A stretch of DNA of 64,000 nt. Origin: Takakia lepidozioides. Lineage: Eukaryota > Plantae > Bryophyta. The stretch spans positions 34,038,001 to 34,102,000 of the forward strand of contig CM060731.1 of NCBI GenBank assembly GCA_030704615.1, written 5' to 3'. The position numbers were made by a program, and so were the translations under genes. Within the stretch, counting starts at the first letter, position 1; each line of letters opens with the position of its first letter. The notes beneath the pieces are model-generated. The model was not told the DNA's origin and ran no database searches. It saw only the letters and a list, made by a program, of their open reading frames with translations. Positions 38,168-52,262 of the stretch are shown here, piece after piece.

Positions 38168-41100
38168 ATGGTGGCCCCAAGATCGGACTTGATTGAGGAA
38201 GTTGGGCCTGAAGAGGGGAAGACTGACCTAGACTTGGGGATTGAAGAGAGCATTCGGCGCTGTGAAGCTCTTCTTGCCATGGTTCCTCTGTCCTTGCAGT
38301 CCTCCTTATCTGATGGTCTCTCTCACTCTTTCCCCCCTGACAAAGTGTTGGGCTGTGGACGTGAATGTTATATCTTCTCTCTTTCTGTATAGGGATATTC
38401 CCTCCTGCCTTTGTTGCTGTATCTCTCTCAACATCGGGAAAAGTGCCATTGAAGTACCATTTCATTTCATTTCTCAACATTGGGAATCCTCAATCAGTGG
38501 CCTGAAGCTTATTGTTGGCACTCTTTGTTGAGGACATTATGATGATAGTCTATTTTCTCATAACAAGTGCAAATAAATGCTTACAACCAAGTATTGGAAA
38601 AATAATTTGGCAGCTCCCTCCTATTCGAGGTTCTCCTGCTCTTATCAGATTGAATCTTTTGAACTCAATCTTAAATATCGTCTTGCTCTGTCACTACCCT
38701 CTTTCTCAATCACTCTTTCTGCGTACTATATCTCCCCATGTTGCCTTGTATCTATGTCTGTGTGTCACTACAATGAGGTTGGTAATTATCACTCCAGCAT
38801 TGCTCCAGTGTGAACCAATTGCGCCAAAGAAATGAAATGAAATGAAATGGTGCTTTATAACGTCCGCGGAAAGCTCATAGAGCTTATGGGACAAAATGGA
38901 GAAAGAGAGTCTAACTTGTATTTTCTCGGGGGCAGCAGGTTCATTTGGGTCAATGAATACCAATAAGATGGTCGAAAACGCAGCACACACATGCTTGGAC
39001 ATGGAGTTAGAAAACTCTACTGGACACCGCTTGGAGTTTGAGCCTGAGTGGAAGAAGAACATGTGGCTGCTCAGTAGTATCAAGGATGGCAGGTCGACAA
39101 GCCCACAGGTACACTTCTTCTGCCCTCATATATGCAAATTGTCCTGTGCCTATTTCTGGCCGGTTTGAATCTGTGTGTCAAGATCTGATCCCCTCCCTTT
39201 TCCTCTTGAGACACGGTACAATGTGCTTGCCTAGAAAGAAGTGAAATGAAATGAAATGGTACTTTATAACACCTAGAAAGAAAGAAAGCAAGAATGGAAG
39301 AAATTACTGCTGGGCAAGACCGAACGCCTCATGAATGTGAAGGTTTGGTAGTAAAGTACTTCCCGGTAATGATTGGTACCTCTGGGAAAGTGTGCCTGAA
39401 CCAGATTTAAAATGTGTGGCACAGGTCGAGGTGGAATCGTATTCCTCCAACTGCAGCATAACACCCTCTAAAGAAAGCTCAATAGAGAAGGTACAAAAAA
39501 GAACATCCACCATTTCAAGGTCGTGTCCCTCTCCAGTGCTATCAAGCCCGACCTCACACCTCGATTTGAGTCTTATAGAGGGCACCAGAAGCCCAGATGA
39601 CGAGGTTGTGCACAAACGGATTCATATCAGGAGAAGGTTTGCCCGGGGCAGTGAGGGTTCTAGTGCTTCAGAAGATTGGACTGTCGATTCTTCTCAAGTC
39701 GATACCACTGTGACATCAGTGAGTGGCAGCCAGTATTCCCATAGCTTCAAGGATGCCAAGGTAGCATACTCCCTGTCTCTGTGTAAAGTTTATTTCTTTC
39801 TTTATGTCAGTCATTTTCATCCTATATACTTGCAAAGGTTTTCCTCTTTGCTCTGTTGGAACCCACTGGATTTGCTCCACTTTCAACATAGTGTTGTCAA
39901 CAATTGCAAGTACATGGTTGTGAAGTTATATATACCGTGTATCCAGTTTAGGAGATTGAATAGGATGGGATCTTTGATTATTTAATCAAAATGTGGAGAG
40001 TAGTGTTATGAGACATCACTATATGACAAAAGATGCCACTGGGAAACACAGTTGTCATAATATTAAGGACAATAGTCTAGGGTCAACATTTTTGTAGACA
40101 CTAGTGACAAGGCCGGTCATGAGAATAATACAGAACTAAAACTCTGAAGGAGGGTAGCGAGAAGATAAGCCTGGGCAGCCAAGACAGTGGTAAAATGGTG
40201 TTGTGTGGCGAGGATTCATCGATGACGGAGGATGTGAAAGAGAGTCTCTGTTGAAGAGCTGGCCATGGCAAAAGACGCCCACCTTATTGTGCCTAAGTCC
40301 ACTACTGTGGTAGCCCCCCTGCCTCTCTCTCATAGTGTCTCTGTGTCTTTCTTTTCTATGTTCACAAGGCTACAGCAAAAGTCTTATGAGTACATTCCGT
40401 TTTTCTTCTCTGAGGATCAGAAATGCTTGGCAGCTTACCTGCACAAGGCCTTGACCCTTAGGCAATCCCTTGAGCAGTAGTTGCTTTTGGGCTGCTTTTT
40501 GGCTCTGGTTTTGTCTCCTCTCTCTTGTTTTTTTCCATTTTGTCCCATAAGCTCTTTGAGCTTTCAGCGGACACTATAAAGTACCATTTCATTTCATTTC
40601 ATTTCTCTCTCGTAGTTCTACTTTTTTTCCAGCCACTGTAGCAACAATACTGCAGTTCTATGGGGAGACATTCTTGGTTCTCCATGACGATAGAATCTTG
40701 CGGCCCAATGACCTGTCTGCAGCTCTATCTCCCTTTCTTCTGAGGGCATTGGGGAGGTTCAGGGTGGGCTCCCACAGTCTGCGGATAGATTGTACTCACA
40801 AGACGTTGTTTGCCGTAGCCTTGTGGCCATTGACCCCGCGCCCAGTTTGAGCGGGAACAAAAGGGACAGAACCTACCTCTGTCAGGGGCTGACGTTGGTA
40901 GTAAGACTTACCTCCATATAAAGAATTAATCCGGGTTTTCCAGATATCCTCTAGGAATCCCTTCACACAAGCATCAATCTGCTGTGTGTGATTTGCCCAA
41001 AAACTAGGCCTCAGGAGGGCCTGGGCTTTTGGCTCAGCCTCGAGACTTTCAAAGTTGGTGAACAGGGGTACAGGCACAATTCCCTTAATAGATTTGAAGA

Positions 41101-44100
41101 GAGCGTCTCTTTGGTGAGAGAACCCCGGACAGTGTATCAGAAAATGAATATTGTCTTCAGATTGCCCACACAACGGGCAATTGCACTCTCCCTTTCCTCT
41201 CTGCTTCTGTTTGCTGTTCAAAGGTAGGCTTCCTGCCCTGAGTTTAAATTTCAGTCTAGTGCCGAGAGTGGGTAGACCCTTGAGGTCATCCAAGATGTCC
41301 TCCCCCACGTCACAGACTGGAAACAAGTTCAGGGAAGTTTTCTGCCTAACTTCATTTTCATCAGACAATCTCATGGCAACAGACATGGCTGAGGACACTA
41401 CAGCCTCTAAGTCAGATTTATCCAGCAGGGTCAAGACTTGCGGATCCAGGTCCAGGTCCTTGAGGATCTCTTCTACTCTCTTCTGCCAGGACTTAGCCTG
41501 TTTGACAGGGCGGTCCTGTTTCCAAGATATAGAGTCGAATAACTTAGGATATCTGGTGTTGGGCATATGTTGCAGCTGACCCCACCATCTGACCTTGAAT
41601 TCATCTCGTCGGGAGCTTAAGGACGGAATGCCAAACTCACCCCGAACAGCCACATTGGCTGTTTTGGAGCATGCTGACATACACTCCTTAAGCACCCCCA
41701 CTTGAATGGATTCTAGAGACTTAGCCTGGTTGGAGTTATCAACCCATATAGCAGATCCGTACTCCAAGGCAGGTCTAATAACGCGACAAAGCATGGTTTT
41801 CTTAACCTCAGAGTTGACCCCTCTGCAGTGGAAAAATTTAGTGAGCCCCAGAGCTTTGCCCTTGCCAGTTTGAACAACTTTCCGGATATGTGCATCCCAA
41901 TTACAATTGGAGGAGAACTCAACGCCCAGGTAAGTGTAGGAAGGGAGGACCGGGATCTCTTGGCTACCCCACTGCCACTTAAGATCACTTCCTCCCTCTC
42001 CTCTGTCGTTGAATGCTACCACCGCACATTTGCTGACATTAGCCTCTAGCCCCCAAAGATCAAAGTATCTCTTCGCGCAATCAATCAACTCCTGGAGATT
42101 GGTTGGAGTCTCCCCTATGCCTGCGAAGTCATCCGCAAACATAAGGGCTGGTATGGTGGTATCACCCACCCTTAACCCAAATCCCTCACTTTCGGATAGA
42201 GACTGGTAGGTGGGAAAACCTGCAACATTGAGGACTGCCTTGCCCCCCTTGCACTGAGAACAACAGGGAAATCAAAAGTGAAGAACATTTCTTCTTTCAC
42301 TGCCCTTTCTACTATGAAATCCGTGGGAGATTCAATTGTCTATTGCGGGATACCCAATCTCTCACAGTGGTCTTTCGTTACCAGGATCAGAAATGCTTGG
42401 CAGCTTACCTGCATGGAGCATTGACTCTTACAGAATCCCCTGAGCAATAGTTGCTTTTGGGCTGCTATTGACCTCTCTCTCTTGTTTCTTACTTCCTCGT
42501 CCCATAAGCTCTTTGAGGTCCGTGGACGTTATAAAGTACCATTTCATTTCTTTCAGCCTTCAGCTTTGAGGACCATAAGTGTGTGGCAGTCTACCTGCAT
42601 GGGGTACTCATCTCTGCTCTGCGAGTGATGTTTGTCTGCTGAAACCTCATGTTCAGCAGACCTGAAAACCAGAGTCTGACAACAATACTGTGGTTCCACA
42701 ACAAGACCTACATAATGCTAGAATCTTACAGCCCAATCACTTGTGTACAGGTCTATCTCCAGCTCTTTTTTGGGCATTGGGAAGGTTCAGGGTGCTCACA
42801 CAGCCTATGTGTAGAGACAGTTAGATGGGACAACCTGGACGAGGCTGACCATTGTCTCTCTTCAGTTTGCATCGACTGCTGTTGACAGATTGACGAAGGG
42901 AAATGCCACCTCCTTACACCTTCAAGCTAAATGCAAACAAATCCATGATGCTCAGTCAAAGGCACTTGCCAAAACCCTGATGCAAGATCCAGCTTAGAGA
43001 ATATCTTAGCCCGTGAAGCATATCAAGGGTCTCATTAATCCTGGGTAAGGGATACACATCCTTTTGGTAATCGCATTTAGTTTTCGAAAGTCATCACAGA
43101 ACCTAGTACTCCCATCTTTCTTGCCAATCAGCACTATAGGGCTAGCCCATGGAGAAACAGGGGGTCTAATGACTCCGGCATCAAGCATCCTTTTGATTTC
43201 ATCATGTATGATTGACCTTTCCTTGACACTCTCCCTGTATGGGTACTGTTTCACTGGCTTACCATCACTCTCAATGTCTTAGCCCATCACTCTCGGGTCA
43301 TAGATGAGGCTAAGTACAATATGTCTAAGGCTCAGCTCGCTCAAGCCATGCAGTACAACAGACGAGTGGTTTATTCTGCTAGCTTTGTTGCTGGTCAGAC
43401 CGTATGTGTCAAGGTTCAGCATGGTGCAATAGAGTCCAAGGGTAAAACTTGCATAGAGGGGCCCTACCTGATTTATGAGATGACTGCTGGAAACAGAGCT
43501 CGTTTGTTGCCTCAGCATCCTTCAGTCAAGGAAATCCCTGCGGACGTGCCCATTGCTGACCTATTGCATTCCCAGCTTCAGTTTGATCTAACCTGTGTGA
43601 ATGTGGAAGGAAGAACCGTGGGGATGTCTCCCAGGGTAGTTGCAGTTCCACTATGAGGATCAGAAATGCTTGGCAGCTTATCTGAGTGAGGCGTTACATC
43701 TTAGACAATCCCTTCATCAATAGTTGATTTTGGGCTGCTTGTTGAGGGCCCCACTCTCGTTCTTGTTTCCTGCTTTCTCTTGTCCCATGAGCTCTTTGGG
43801 CTTTCCGTGAGACCTTCTAAAGTGTCATTTTATCTCTTCTTCCTCTCCTCCCTGTGCTTTTCTGCACCAGATGTTCATAAGATAACTAGTCCATATAAAA
43901 GTGGATATGGGACATTGGCAACAATGTCACACTCTAGAAGGACATTTCACATGCTTGGATTCTGAATGACCAGATAGAGGGAGATTTGGAAGAAGCGGAC
44001 ACTCAAAAAAGTTCCCCCACCCCCTCCATGCTCTCAAACTTGAGCCGAAGCTCCCAGCAGTCATTTGAGACCATGCGCTTCATGTTTTCGACTCCACAGA

Positions 44101-47100
44101 CTTGTGAAGAGGCATGGGAATGGTTTGACAAGCATTCTGTGGCTGCCAGCCCAGATTCTAAATATGAAGGTAAGAAAGAAACAAAGGAGTTTAATCTGTT
44201 CTTGTAGTAGTCTGGTGTGCATAGATGTGGTCAAGAAAGAGAGAGGGTGGGGGTATGTTTCCAACGTGATTGATTGCCAGAACCTAATCCACATGCTGGG
44301 CGCTCTCCACACTGGGAGATTCCGCTGCATGACAAGTAACAGCCATAGGAGCTTCTTCTCTCTGGACTTGGATACGCAAGGGCAAGTGGACATAATTCTA
44401 AGACAATGAACTAAGACGAACATACAGGGTGGTTAGAACTATTATCTTTTTCCTCACGCTTGGTCTTTGATGTGAGCTGTGTGCAAACAACTGGTGTGGT
44501 GCAGAAAGTGTTGTCCATGAGGTTCATCCACGAAGATACAAACCAGTGAAGCACTTCCTTCACTCTTGGTGGAAGCCGCACAATAATGGACTCAACCAAA
44601 TGCATCTCACCATGAAGGCAACCAAAAATGCTGCCAAATTCGAACCTGTAAACTTGCTGATACATCCTAAGATGCTTTGACCATGAATTATCATCTCAAG
44701 TGGATATTTGACGAGGGTTGGGAAGATTAATTGTAGTCGTTAACTGTCGTCCAGTCTATGAGGCATAAACTATGCAGGATACTAACGCTCTTGGAGCCAG
44801 TCACTGGGTCTCAGTACACCAAGGTGTATGAGACAGCTGAAAATTTCGATTGCACCCATGCACAGGGTAGTGGTCAGCAATTGAATTCAGTGTTGAATGG
44901 GCTGGCATTGACACTGACATTGCACTAGGAGTGAGGTTGGTTCCTTCACCCCACCGAAAGTCCCTTTAGCCAGGAATAGATGTGACAAATGTGGTTGCAC
45001 TGCCAGTCACACTGGCACATAAACATGACAACAGAAAAAGAGATTGAGGAAAAGAAAACTTAAATGGTCAATGTAGAAACCCAATGTTTCCAAGCAAGAT
45101 TCATCGCAAATGCAGGGCCTCAGACTTTGAGACATGAGAAAATTTTGTCACATCCACAGGAGGGGGGCCTTCTGGGTCCTAGAGAACTGCAAGAGAAAAT
45201 CCAAAGAGTGTGTGACAAAAATAACGTCCATGGAAAGCTCAAAGAGCCTGAGAGAGCTTGTAAGAAAGTTTGTAATCTACACACAAGGTGCCATGTGACA
45301 AATTAGAGCAAGAGAAACTACATACAGAGAGAAACAAAGTGTGTATGTCGGTTTGTGAGGAGCAGGGTTAAGTAGACAGAATTGGGAACCACCAATCAGT
45401 GTACTGTTGGATGGCTTTGATGCATGAGCCTCCAATATGTATACAGAGTGACAGTGTGCATGGGGAGAGGAGGGAGGGAGACTGGTGGGAGAGCAGATGT
45501 TGCCACTCCCAGAGCGGCAGGCTCACTCCACCATTGGAACTCACAGCAAGTTGGGAGAGAAATGTATCATTTCTACTGGAGGCCCAGATTGAGAGTTAGG
45601 TAATCAGCTGTATTGATCAAGAGGTAAAACATGTTCACTATGGTTTGAGAGGTCTCATTCATTGATCTGCGCTGCATCATGTTATCGTACAAATATCCTG
45701 TCAATGGAATCCAAGACTGAAGGTGGGTACGTGCTGTGGCATCAGGATCATGGGAGAACTGCCATGGACCTGCCACGAACAGCATCTGCTAGGACAAGGA
45801 AAATCAAGACTGTTGCAGCCATGGTATCCTTCCTCTTCTCATACACAGCTCATATTAATTCAATTTTTTCTGTTTCCTCTCAACGAAGAACCTTATCAAG
45901 TGATACAATCTGTGCAACGACAGGAAAGTCTCAAGCGCCTTTCCAGACCCAGAACAGCATTATATCAACGATGTGCCCAAACCAAAGCCTTGATGGAAGA
46001 GGAGCAGATGTCTGAATGTTCGTTCAAGGTCCCGCCCGCCTCCCCCCCGCCCCAACACACACACATATTTTTCTGGCACTACTCCGGCCCCCTATCTACC
46101 ACCATACCTACATGTATAGTGGCTGAATCTTTTGTTTCATCTGGACCTTGGATGTTTATCTGAACAACTCTTGACTCTACGGAGGTGTAGCTCCATAGGG
46201 TGGCTAACCCAGCAACAATGCTCCAGATCACTCAGAGTTTTAGGTTTTAAAATGCAGGCAGTAATGTTTTTCCCACCTGAGTGTCTCAAAGGGTGACCAA
46301 AGTACCAAGCTGAGATAAATGAATCAGTTTATGTACTCGTGTGCAGCCTATTGTGGGGAGGAGGCCAGACCCCAGATCAAAGCTCTATGCTCCTATTGTT
46401 GACCGTCTTGGTGAGATGAGGCAACGTGTTGACTTCCGGAAACGGGTATGTCCTACCTTGTCTCTGATGTTAATAGGCAGATATTAAAGTTATTACTAAG
46501 AGATCAAGTGACTGGAAGCCCTACATCAATCTCAAAATTCATCGGGAAGTCTATACTTGTTTTTGCCTTCAATGCATCACAAGAAGAGGTTTTCACAGCC
46601 TACCAGACAAGGCTCCAACTGCCAGGTGGGGTCACTCCCCGACATCCAAACAGCATATCACCTAAGAGTTATATAGAAATCATGTGACTCTGAATGAACA
46701 TCGAAGAACAAAGAAAGATGATTACGTCTTTGGTCACTTCATTCCCAGACAGACCAGGCCTGGAAAAGCTGGTGATCCTTACTATTTCTGGCTCTGGTTT
46801 TGTTTCCTCTCTCTGGTTTTTTCCCATTTTGTCCCATAAGCTCGTTGAGCTTTCCGCGGACGTGATAAGTACCATTTTATTTCATCAATGACAACTGCAT
46901 GGATTTGCTTGTCTTTGTTAAGTAAGGTTCACAAATGATAAATATCTTCTTCCCAGATCACTGAGAAGGTTGAAGCATATCATGTATGAGAAGTAGGAAG
47001 ATGATTAAATTGTGGTCGATACTGTTCAAAACCAAACATGACGAGCACTAGAGTCCACTTTTGATGTTCATTGAGACCTTGAGTTTTCCATTCTATCATT

Positions 47101-50100
47101 GAGTTTTGAGTCACTGAGGTTTGATAGTCAGTATGCTGCACCTTTAGAGAACCTTGTCCCATTAGTTCCAGAGACAGAGTTTCTGAACAAATGCATTGAT
47201 ATAGATTCAGATTCAAATTGCCACTTTTGGAAACTTTTTCTGCCTCAGACTGTTTGGTTTTGTGTTGTGTTGTCGTAGGCTCGAAAAGTGATAGAGAAGG
47301 AAGAGTTGGACCACTGCTCCTTTTGGCCTCGAATTAATATAGGATCAGTGCACCTGGATATGAGGGCCTACCAGCCCATTCATGAGCGACTGGAAGAGCT
47401 TCTGGTTGGCATTCTATCCTCAGCCTTTCCCAGGATGCTATTGTTATGATGGGATTCTGCCTTAGATTCCATTGGTGTGGGCTGCAAATGAAAATGCAGC
47501 CAAGTTTAGTTCGGCTATATTTAGGCACCTCAAGTCTAAAGCCTTTCTGGGGAGTACTAGAGATTATTTTTGATCATATGGCATGAATTCAATCAAGAGT
47601 AGTTTAACACTGTCAAAGGAGACCGTCTCTGTCAGCAAGATAAGCAAAGAAAACCAAATAGTAGGCCACATGTACCCTTGATTTGCAAACCACTGGAGGG
47701 ATCCCTTATGATGGACGGCGGAAAGTATAATTCTCTCAGATTCAAGGTGCAAACTGCACTGGTGTCTGTGTTGCATCACAGTATAACACAGAAGGCACGT
47801 CATGTCTCTTTCCTACTAAACTTTTTGCCAACCTTTTTGATCAAATGAAAACATTGGGCAGTTGTGTCTGTGATATCAGAGAAAGAGGGATGAGAGAATT
47901 GTGCAGGCAAGAGCCCAGGAGGCAAAGGATATGGGGCTCTCCTTCAAGCCGGAAATCAACCAGAATTCTCTTCGTCTTTGCAAGCAGGCACATTCTGTTC
48001 CTAATCCATCCCTTTGCAACTCGACATGCCTTTGAAAATGTTTCCATCTTTGATCTTCAAGTCCATCCACGTCTTCATTTGTAGCTGTTCTGTTTTGGCC
48101 TGTGTCCTGCCCATGCCTTCGTTTTGCAATCAGCCTTACATCTCGTTGTTGCAGTGATGATGCTTTATTCTGCAGTTTCCCAGCAGGTCCTGTCTGGCCT
48201 TCTGTACAGCCCAGTTGATCTATGAAGGGTCAGACCCTTCGAGGAAGTGTTGTCCTTCCAAATCTCTGGCCATCATAGACTGAGCGCAGGGTGTATAGCT
48301 ACAGCAAATATAGGTTATTGAGTACATTCTGATCAGTTTGGCATTGCTCCTAAGATGGTGGCAGTGGCATCAAGATAATAAATTCCATTTCTATGTCATT
48401 CTGTTGACAGGTGTTCACATCTACGAGACTCGGATGTCAACCATTAACTCTAAGTCACATCCGCTTTTGGATGGGTGCAGAAAGCATTGGAGGCAATAGA
48501 TGTGCCGGACCGGCTGACCAGTTCTAGCCTTGATGGGAGTGGAGAGCCTCAGGTATACTACTGTGTCCTGGCTTCATCAAGATCCTTACAGATTTAGCAC
48601 GAACATATTCAGCTCAAACTGCCTGTTCACATGTGACCAAGGATTTTGCACTGTTCATACACCTAATATCTCTCTCTCACTCCACTCTGTTTTTCTGTCC
48701 CTCTCTCAATGAAGCAAGCGTTTGGTAGTGGGCCCCCTTCTTTATCCCTTAGTTCCTTCCCCACTTCGCACCCCTTTCCTGCTGTCCAAAATGAGCCTGG
48801 ATCTATGGCCACGAGGCTTTGGCGAACACAGATTCATTGGTACATCCCTGTCGCCTGCAGGCCAAATTATACAGGCCAAAGGATGAGTGCACTTTTTCAC
48901 CAGAGATAAATCCAAACACAGATACCATATTGGCAGGGTTCAAGTTCGAAGGCTGTGATTTTCTCTCACGCCAACAACAGTTTGTACATAAAATGGAGTG
49001 GCGCAAGGTACAGCCCTTGTTCGGCAGTTTGATAGCCATTTTAAATGCAATATGAACCTGTATATGATCAACTCATGTTTCTGCACTCTAGAAGGTAACT
49101 CTTGGACTGTCACAGCTCGTGCTCCAATCTTCATCCCTGGTGCGACAGATTGAAGTAGGTCAATGAGCATTGGACTACATGAGATCTAGGTTGATGCGAG
49201 GATTGTTGTGTGCACAATCCTGGTACACCACCTTGAATCATGAGTATGCCTTGTAGAGAGCAAATCCTCTGGTTTTTCTTTCGATATCCAGTGCACATGC
49301 TCAAATGAAGAACAACTCAATGTCCAGGAAATAGAATAGGAGACTGCTTGTCCTCCTAAGCACACTTTCCTAGCTGCAAGATGTATACAACATGCCATGA
49401 ACAAAAATGAACTTGCCTGTTGTTGTACCTAGAGGTGCAGCAGCGAACACTAACCAAAGTAGTTGATTGTGAAGTCCGAGCTACAGGTGAATAGTCAATC
49501 CGGTGCAAGGTCCAGAGAAATCTGGCTACTCTTTTGATCTACTTTCCACTCACAGTCCGTTAGATTCACATATTAAATTATCAAACTTAGTATGTTGTGG
49601 GTGCAGAGAATGAAAGAGCAAGAAGTCCCTATCAACTTAACATTCCAACCAAAGACTGGAAACGCTTCTTTTATTTTGCGGTTTTCTCCATTTTCAGAAT
49701 GCAATGATGAGACACTCACTGAACGAGTGCACAGACTTGCTCATGGAGACAGTCAGCACCGCTGTCGTACCCGTCAACGAATTTCTGTGAGTGCAATGAG
49801 TGCTTTACCTCGGTACAGAAATTACCCTCTGTGTTCTCCAGTTTCAACCTACTCGTATGAAGTTGATCTTTCTGCTCGCTGTTCAATCTGTTCACAGAAC
49901 CTGGTGATGCAGATACTTTGGAAACATGGTTTTCTTTTGATTAAAATGTTTGTAGATTTAGTTTTCTCCCTCATGCAGTGCACCAAATAAATCATGGGGA
50001 CAAGGCAGATGAAGACGATTACGATCACAGGAGGCCAATAGAGCCTATGGGACATGGTAGACCAACAAAAGAAACCAAAGGATTTGTGTTGTCATTATCG

Positions 50101-52262
50101 ATGGCAGCTCACCCAGCACTTTTCCAGTGATGCACCTCTCACTCACTCTGCTTCTTGTGGTCTTCGGAGCAGGATAACTACTATGCCCAGTTTGATTTCC
50201 AACCACAAATTAATAAGAATTCGCGTTCTATGGGACGAACTCCGACTATTCGTGATCTCTATGTTGTGAGTTGCTTTCTCCTTTTTGCTGATGGCGCACA
50301 GAAAATGAGGCCTCACATGCCTTGTATCGGTTGAGCGGAATCAGAGAACAGTCAGAAAACCAGTGATTGACAGTTGAATCAATAGCCCACTAATCTCAAA
50401 AACTGGTCATCATTTCAAATTTGTGTGGCTTGTTCGTTTTAAGCGTTTTAGACTACTATTGTGGGCACTTCAAGATATGGCCACAGGAGACTCGGTAAAG
50501 TGTACTGTGATGTATATTATCACTCTGACAATTTGCAGCGTAAATTGTCAACTGCAGTTGATCTTGTCGACATCCTCCCAAAGAAGTAGTGTGTGGGATT
50601 GCTGACCAGCTTGACCATCAAGAGTTTTTGCAACTGCAGTGTTGTCTACATTTACAGAGGGTTGGTGCCCTTAAAGATCCGTTGTAGATGGGTTGCCCAT
50701 CACCAAATGATTAAACATCAAATCTCATGTGAGCTTCATGGTTTAAATGGGAGGACTTTGACTGACTCGATACCCTTGCAACGCCCACAGAATGAGAGTG
50801 GAAAACGGCGAAAGGCGGCACAGAAACAAAAGGTTTACCAGGAGCTTCATGAGAAGTGCACCTTTCACCCTGAGGTAAGCATTCTAATTTTTGCTGTTGA
50901 GACTAGTTCCTATACAGTAGTTCCCCTCTAACCTTCTTGTTCAGCTAGTTTTGCCCATCTCTCTTCTCTATTGTGAAGGGGTTGGGTGGAGCAGGTGAAT
51001 GTCCATAAATCAAGTGATGAGGTGGAAAATATTCTCCACCACCGCCGCAAGTTCCGGAAGGTGGTTTGCATCCCACTTTTGCCAAACTTCTGCTTGCTTT
51101 GTAAACTTTGTTTGTCTGTGAATTCCTGCTGTTTTTCTAGGTTCTTTCCTTGCTATGAAGAACACTTGAATGCCCACAGGAACTTGGTATAAAGAGCCAC
51201 AAGAGAACCAAAAGGGCACTTGCTCTAAGAAGCATGGTTGGAACTCATAGCTAAAGCCTTCTACCAAGGACAAGCAATCTCTGAAAAGACAGCAGTATTT
51301 ATCTCTGATCAGGACACAAGAGAGTGTACTCATAAGACGTTGTTTGCCGTAGCCTTGTGGCCATTGACTCAGTTTGAGCGGAACCCAAAGGTACAGAAAC
51401 TACCTTTGTCAGGGGCTGACGCTGGTAGTATGACTTCCCTAGGAACAGACAATTATCCGAGTTTTCCGGATATCTTCTACAAATCCCTTCACACAAGCAT
51501 CAATCTGCTGTGTGTGGTTTGCCCAATAACTAGGCCCCAAAAGGGCCTGGGCTTTTGGCTCAGCCTCAAGACTTTCAAAGTTGGTAAACAGACTTCAGGC
51601 ACAATTCCCTTGATGGATTTGAAGAGCGCGTCTCTCTCGTTAGAGTACCCAGGACAATGAACCAGAAAATGAATATTGTCTTCAGGTTGCCCACACAACG
51701 AGCAATTGCAATCCCTCTTTCCTCTCTGCATCTGTTTGCTGTTCAAAGGTAGGCTTCCCGCCCTGAGTTCAAATTTCATTGTAGTGCCGAGGGTGGGTAA
51801 ACCCTTGAGGTCATCCAAGATGGCCTCTCCCATGTCACAGACTGGAAACAAGCTCAGGGAAGTTTTCTACCTAACTTCATTGATCAGGACACGAGAGAGA
51901 AAGAGAGATCAGATGCTGCACAAACAAGAGTGACCATTAAAGATTAGGAGGAAATGCTGATCATGGCAGGATGAAGCCAAGAGCCAGGAGGCAGAGCGGG
52001 TGATGAAGGAGGTTGAAGAGGTGAAGGAGTGCACATTCACACCCACAGTAAACCCAATGCCTCCCAAAGAGAAGGAACCTGTGGTCATTAAAGGACTTGG
52101 CCGCCACCTGGAGCTTCAGGATCGGGCAAAACAAATGAAACGAGACCAGGAGGAGTGGGAGCGAAAAGTCTTCTTCTCTCATGTAACGAGCCATTCCCTC
52201 AAACCACTGAGTGATGCCTGCCCAATTTCTACTTGACAAAAGCAAAGGAGAGAAGGGGAAGT
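38168..52262 (+). CDS. Multi-exon gene for an uncharacterised protein with repeated (E)CTFxPxIN motifs; exon boundaries approximate
   Basis: Exons with AG/GT borders near 38168, 38940, 39405, 43975, 45700, 45880, 46348, 47279, 47880, 48411, 48861, 49605, 50791, 50995 and 51971. Motifs ECSFKP, HCSFWPRIN, LSFKPEIN, ECTFSPEIN, LTFQPKT, KCTFHPEVN, ECTFTPTVN and terminal PVVIKGLGRHLELQDRAK. Confidence 0.75.
40620..42555 (+). mobile_element. 3' fragment of LINE family B (RTE-X/CR1-like C-terminus, (CATTT)n tail), split by the family-A insertion
   Basis: Joined flanks read ALGRFRVGSHSLRIETGRW...EEHFFFHCPFYYEIR...DQKCLAAYL, then 3'UTR CCCATAAGCTCTTTGAG...TTATAAAGTACCATTTCATTTC. Other family-B ends at ~33080, 38455, 38830-38900 (-), 39240-39270 (-), 40410-40605, 43656-43830, 45215-45245 (-), 46830-46885 and ~52950. 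Confidence 0.8.
40790..42192 (-). mobile_element. 5'-truncated LINE, family A, with intact 457-aa C-terminal ORF, nested in a family-B LINE
   Basis: ORF 40796-42169 (MFADD ... [18 protein letters not shown] ... TANNVL*), near-identical to 31665-33056. TSD CGGATAGA at 40782-40789 / 42193-42200. Confidence 0.93.
43006..43620. mobile_element. Two Ty3/gypsy fragments in opposite orientation (RT N-terminus 43006-43280 on -, integrase C-terminus 43290-43620 on +)
   Basis: PYRES...EIKRMLDAGVIRP..SPWASPIVLIGKKDGSTRFC.DFRKLN on -; AQLAQAMQYNRR...F.AGQTV...EGPY on +. Confidence 0.75.
51325..51880 (-). mobile_element. 5'-truncated LINE, family A
   Basis: Matches the 3' end of 40796-41360. TSD TGATCAGGACAC(A/G)AGAGA at ~51306 and ~51881. 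Confidence 0.88.
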
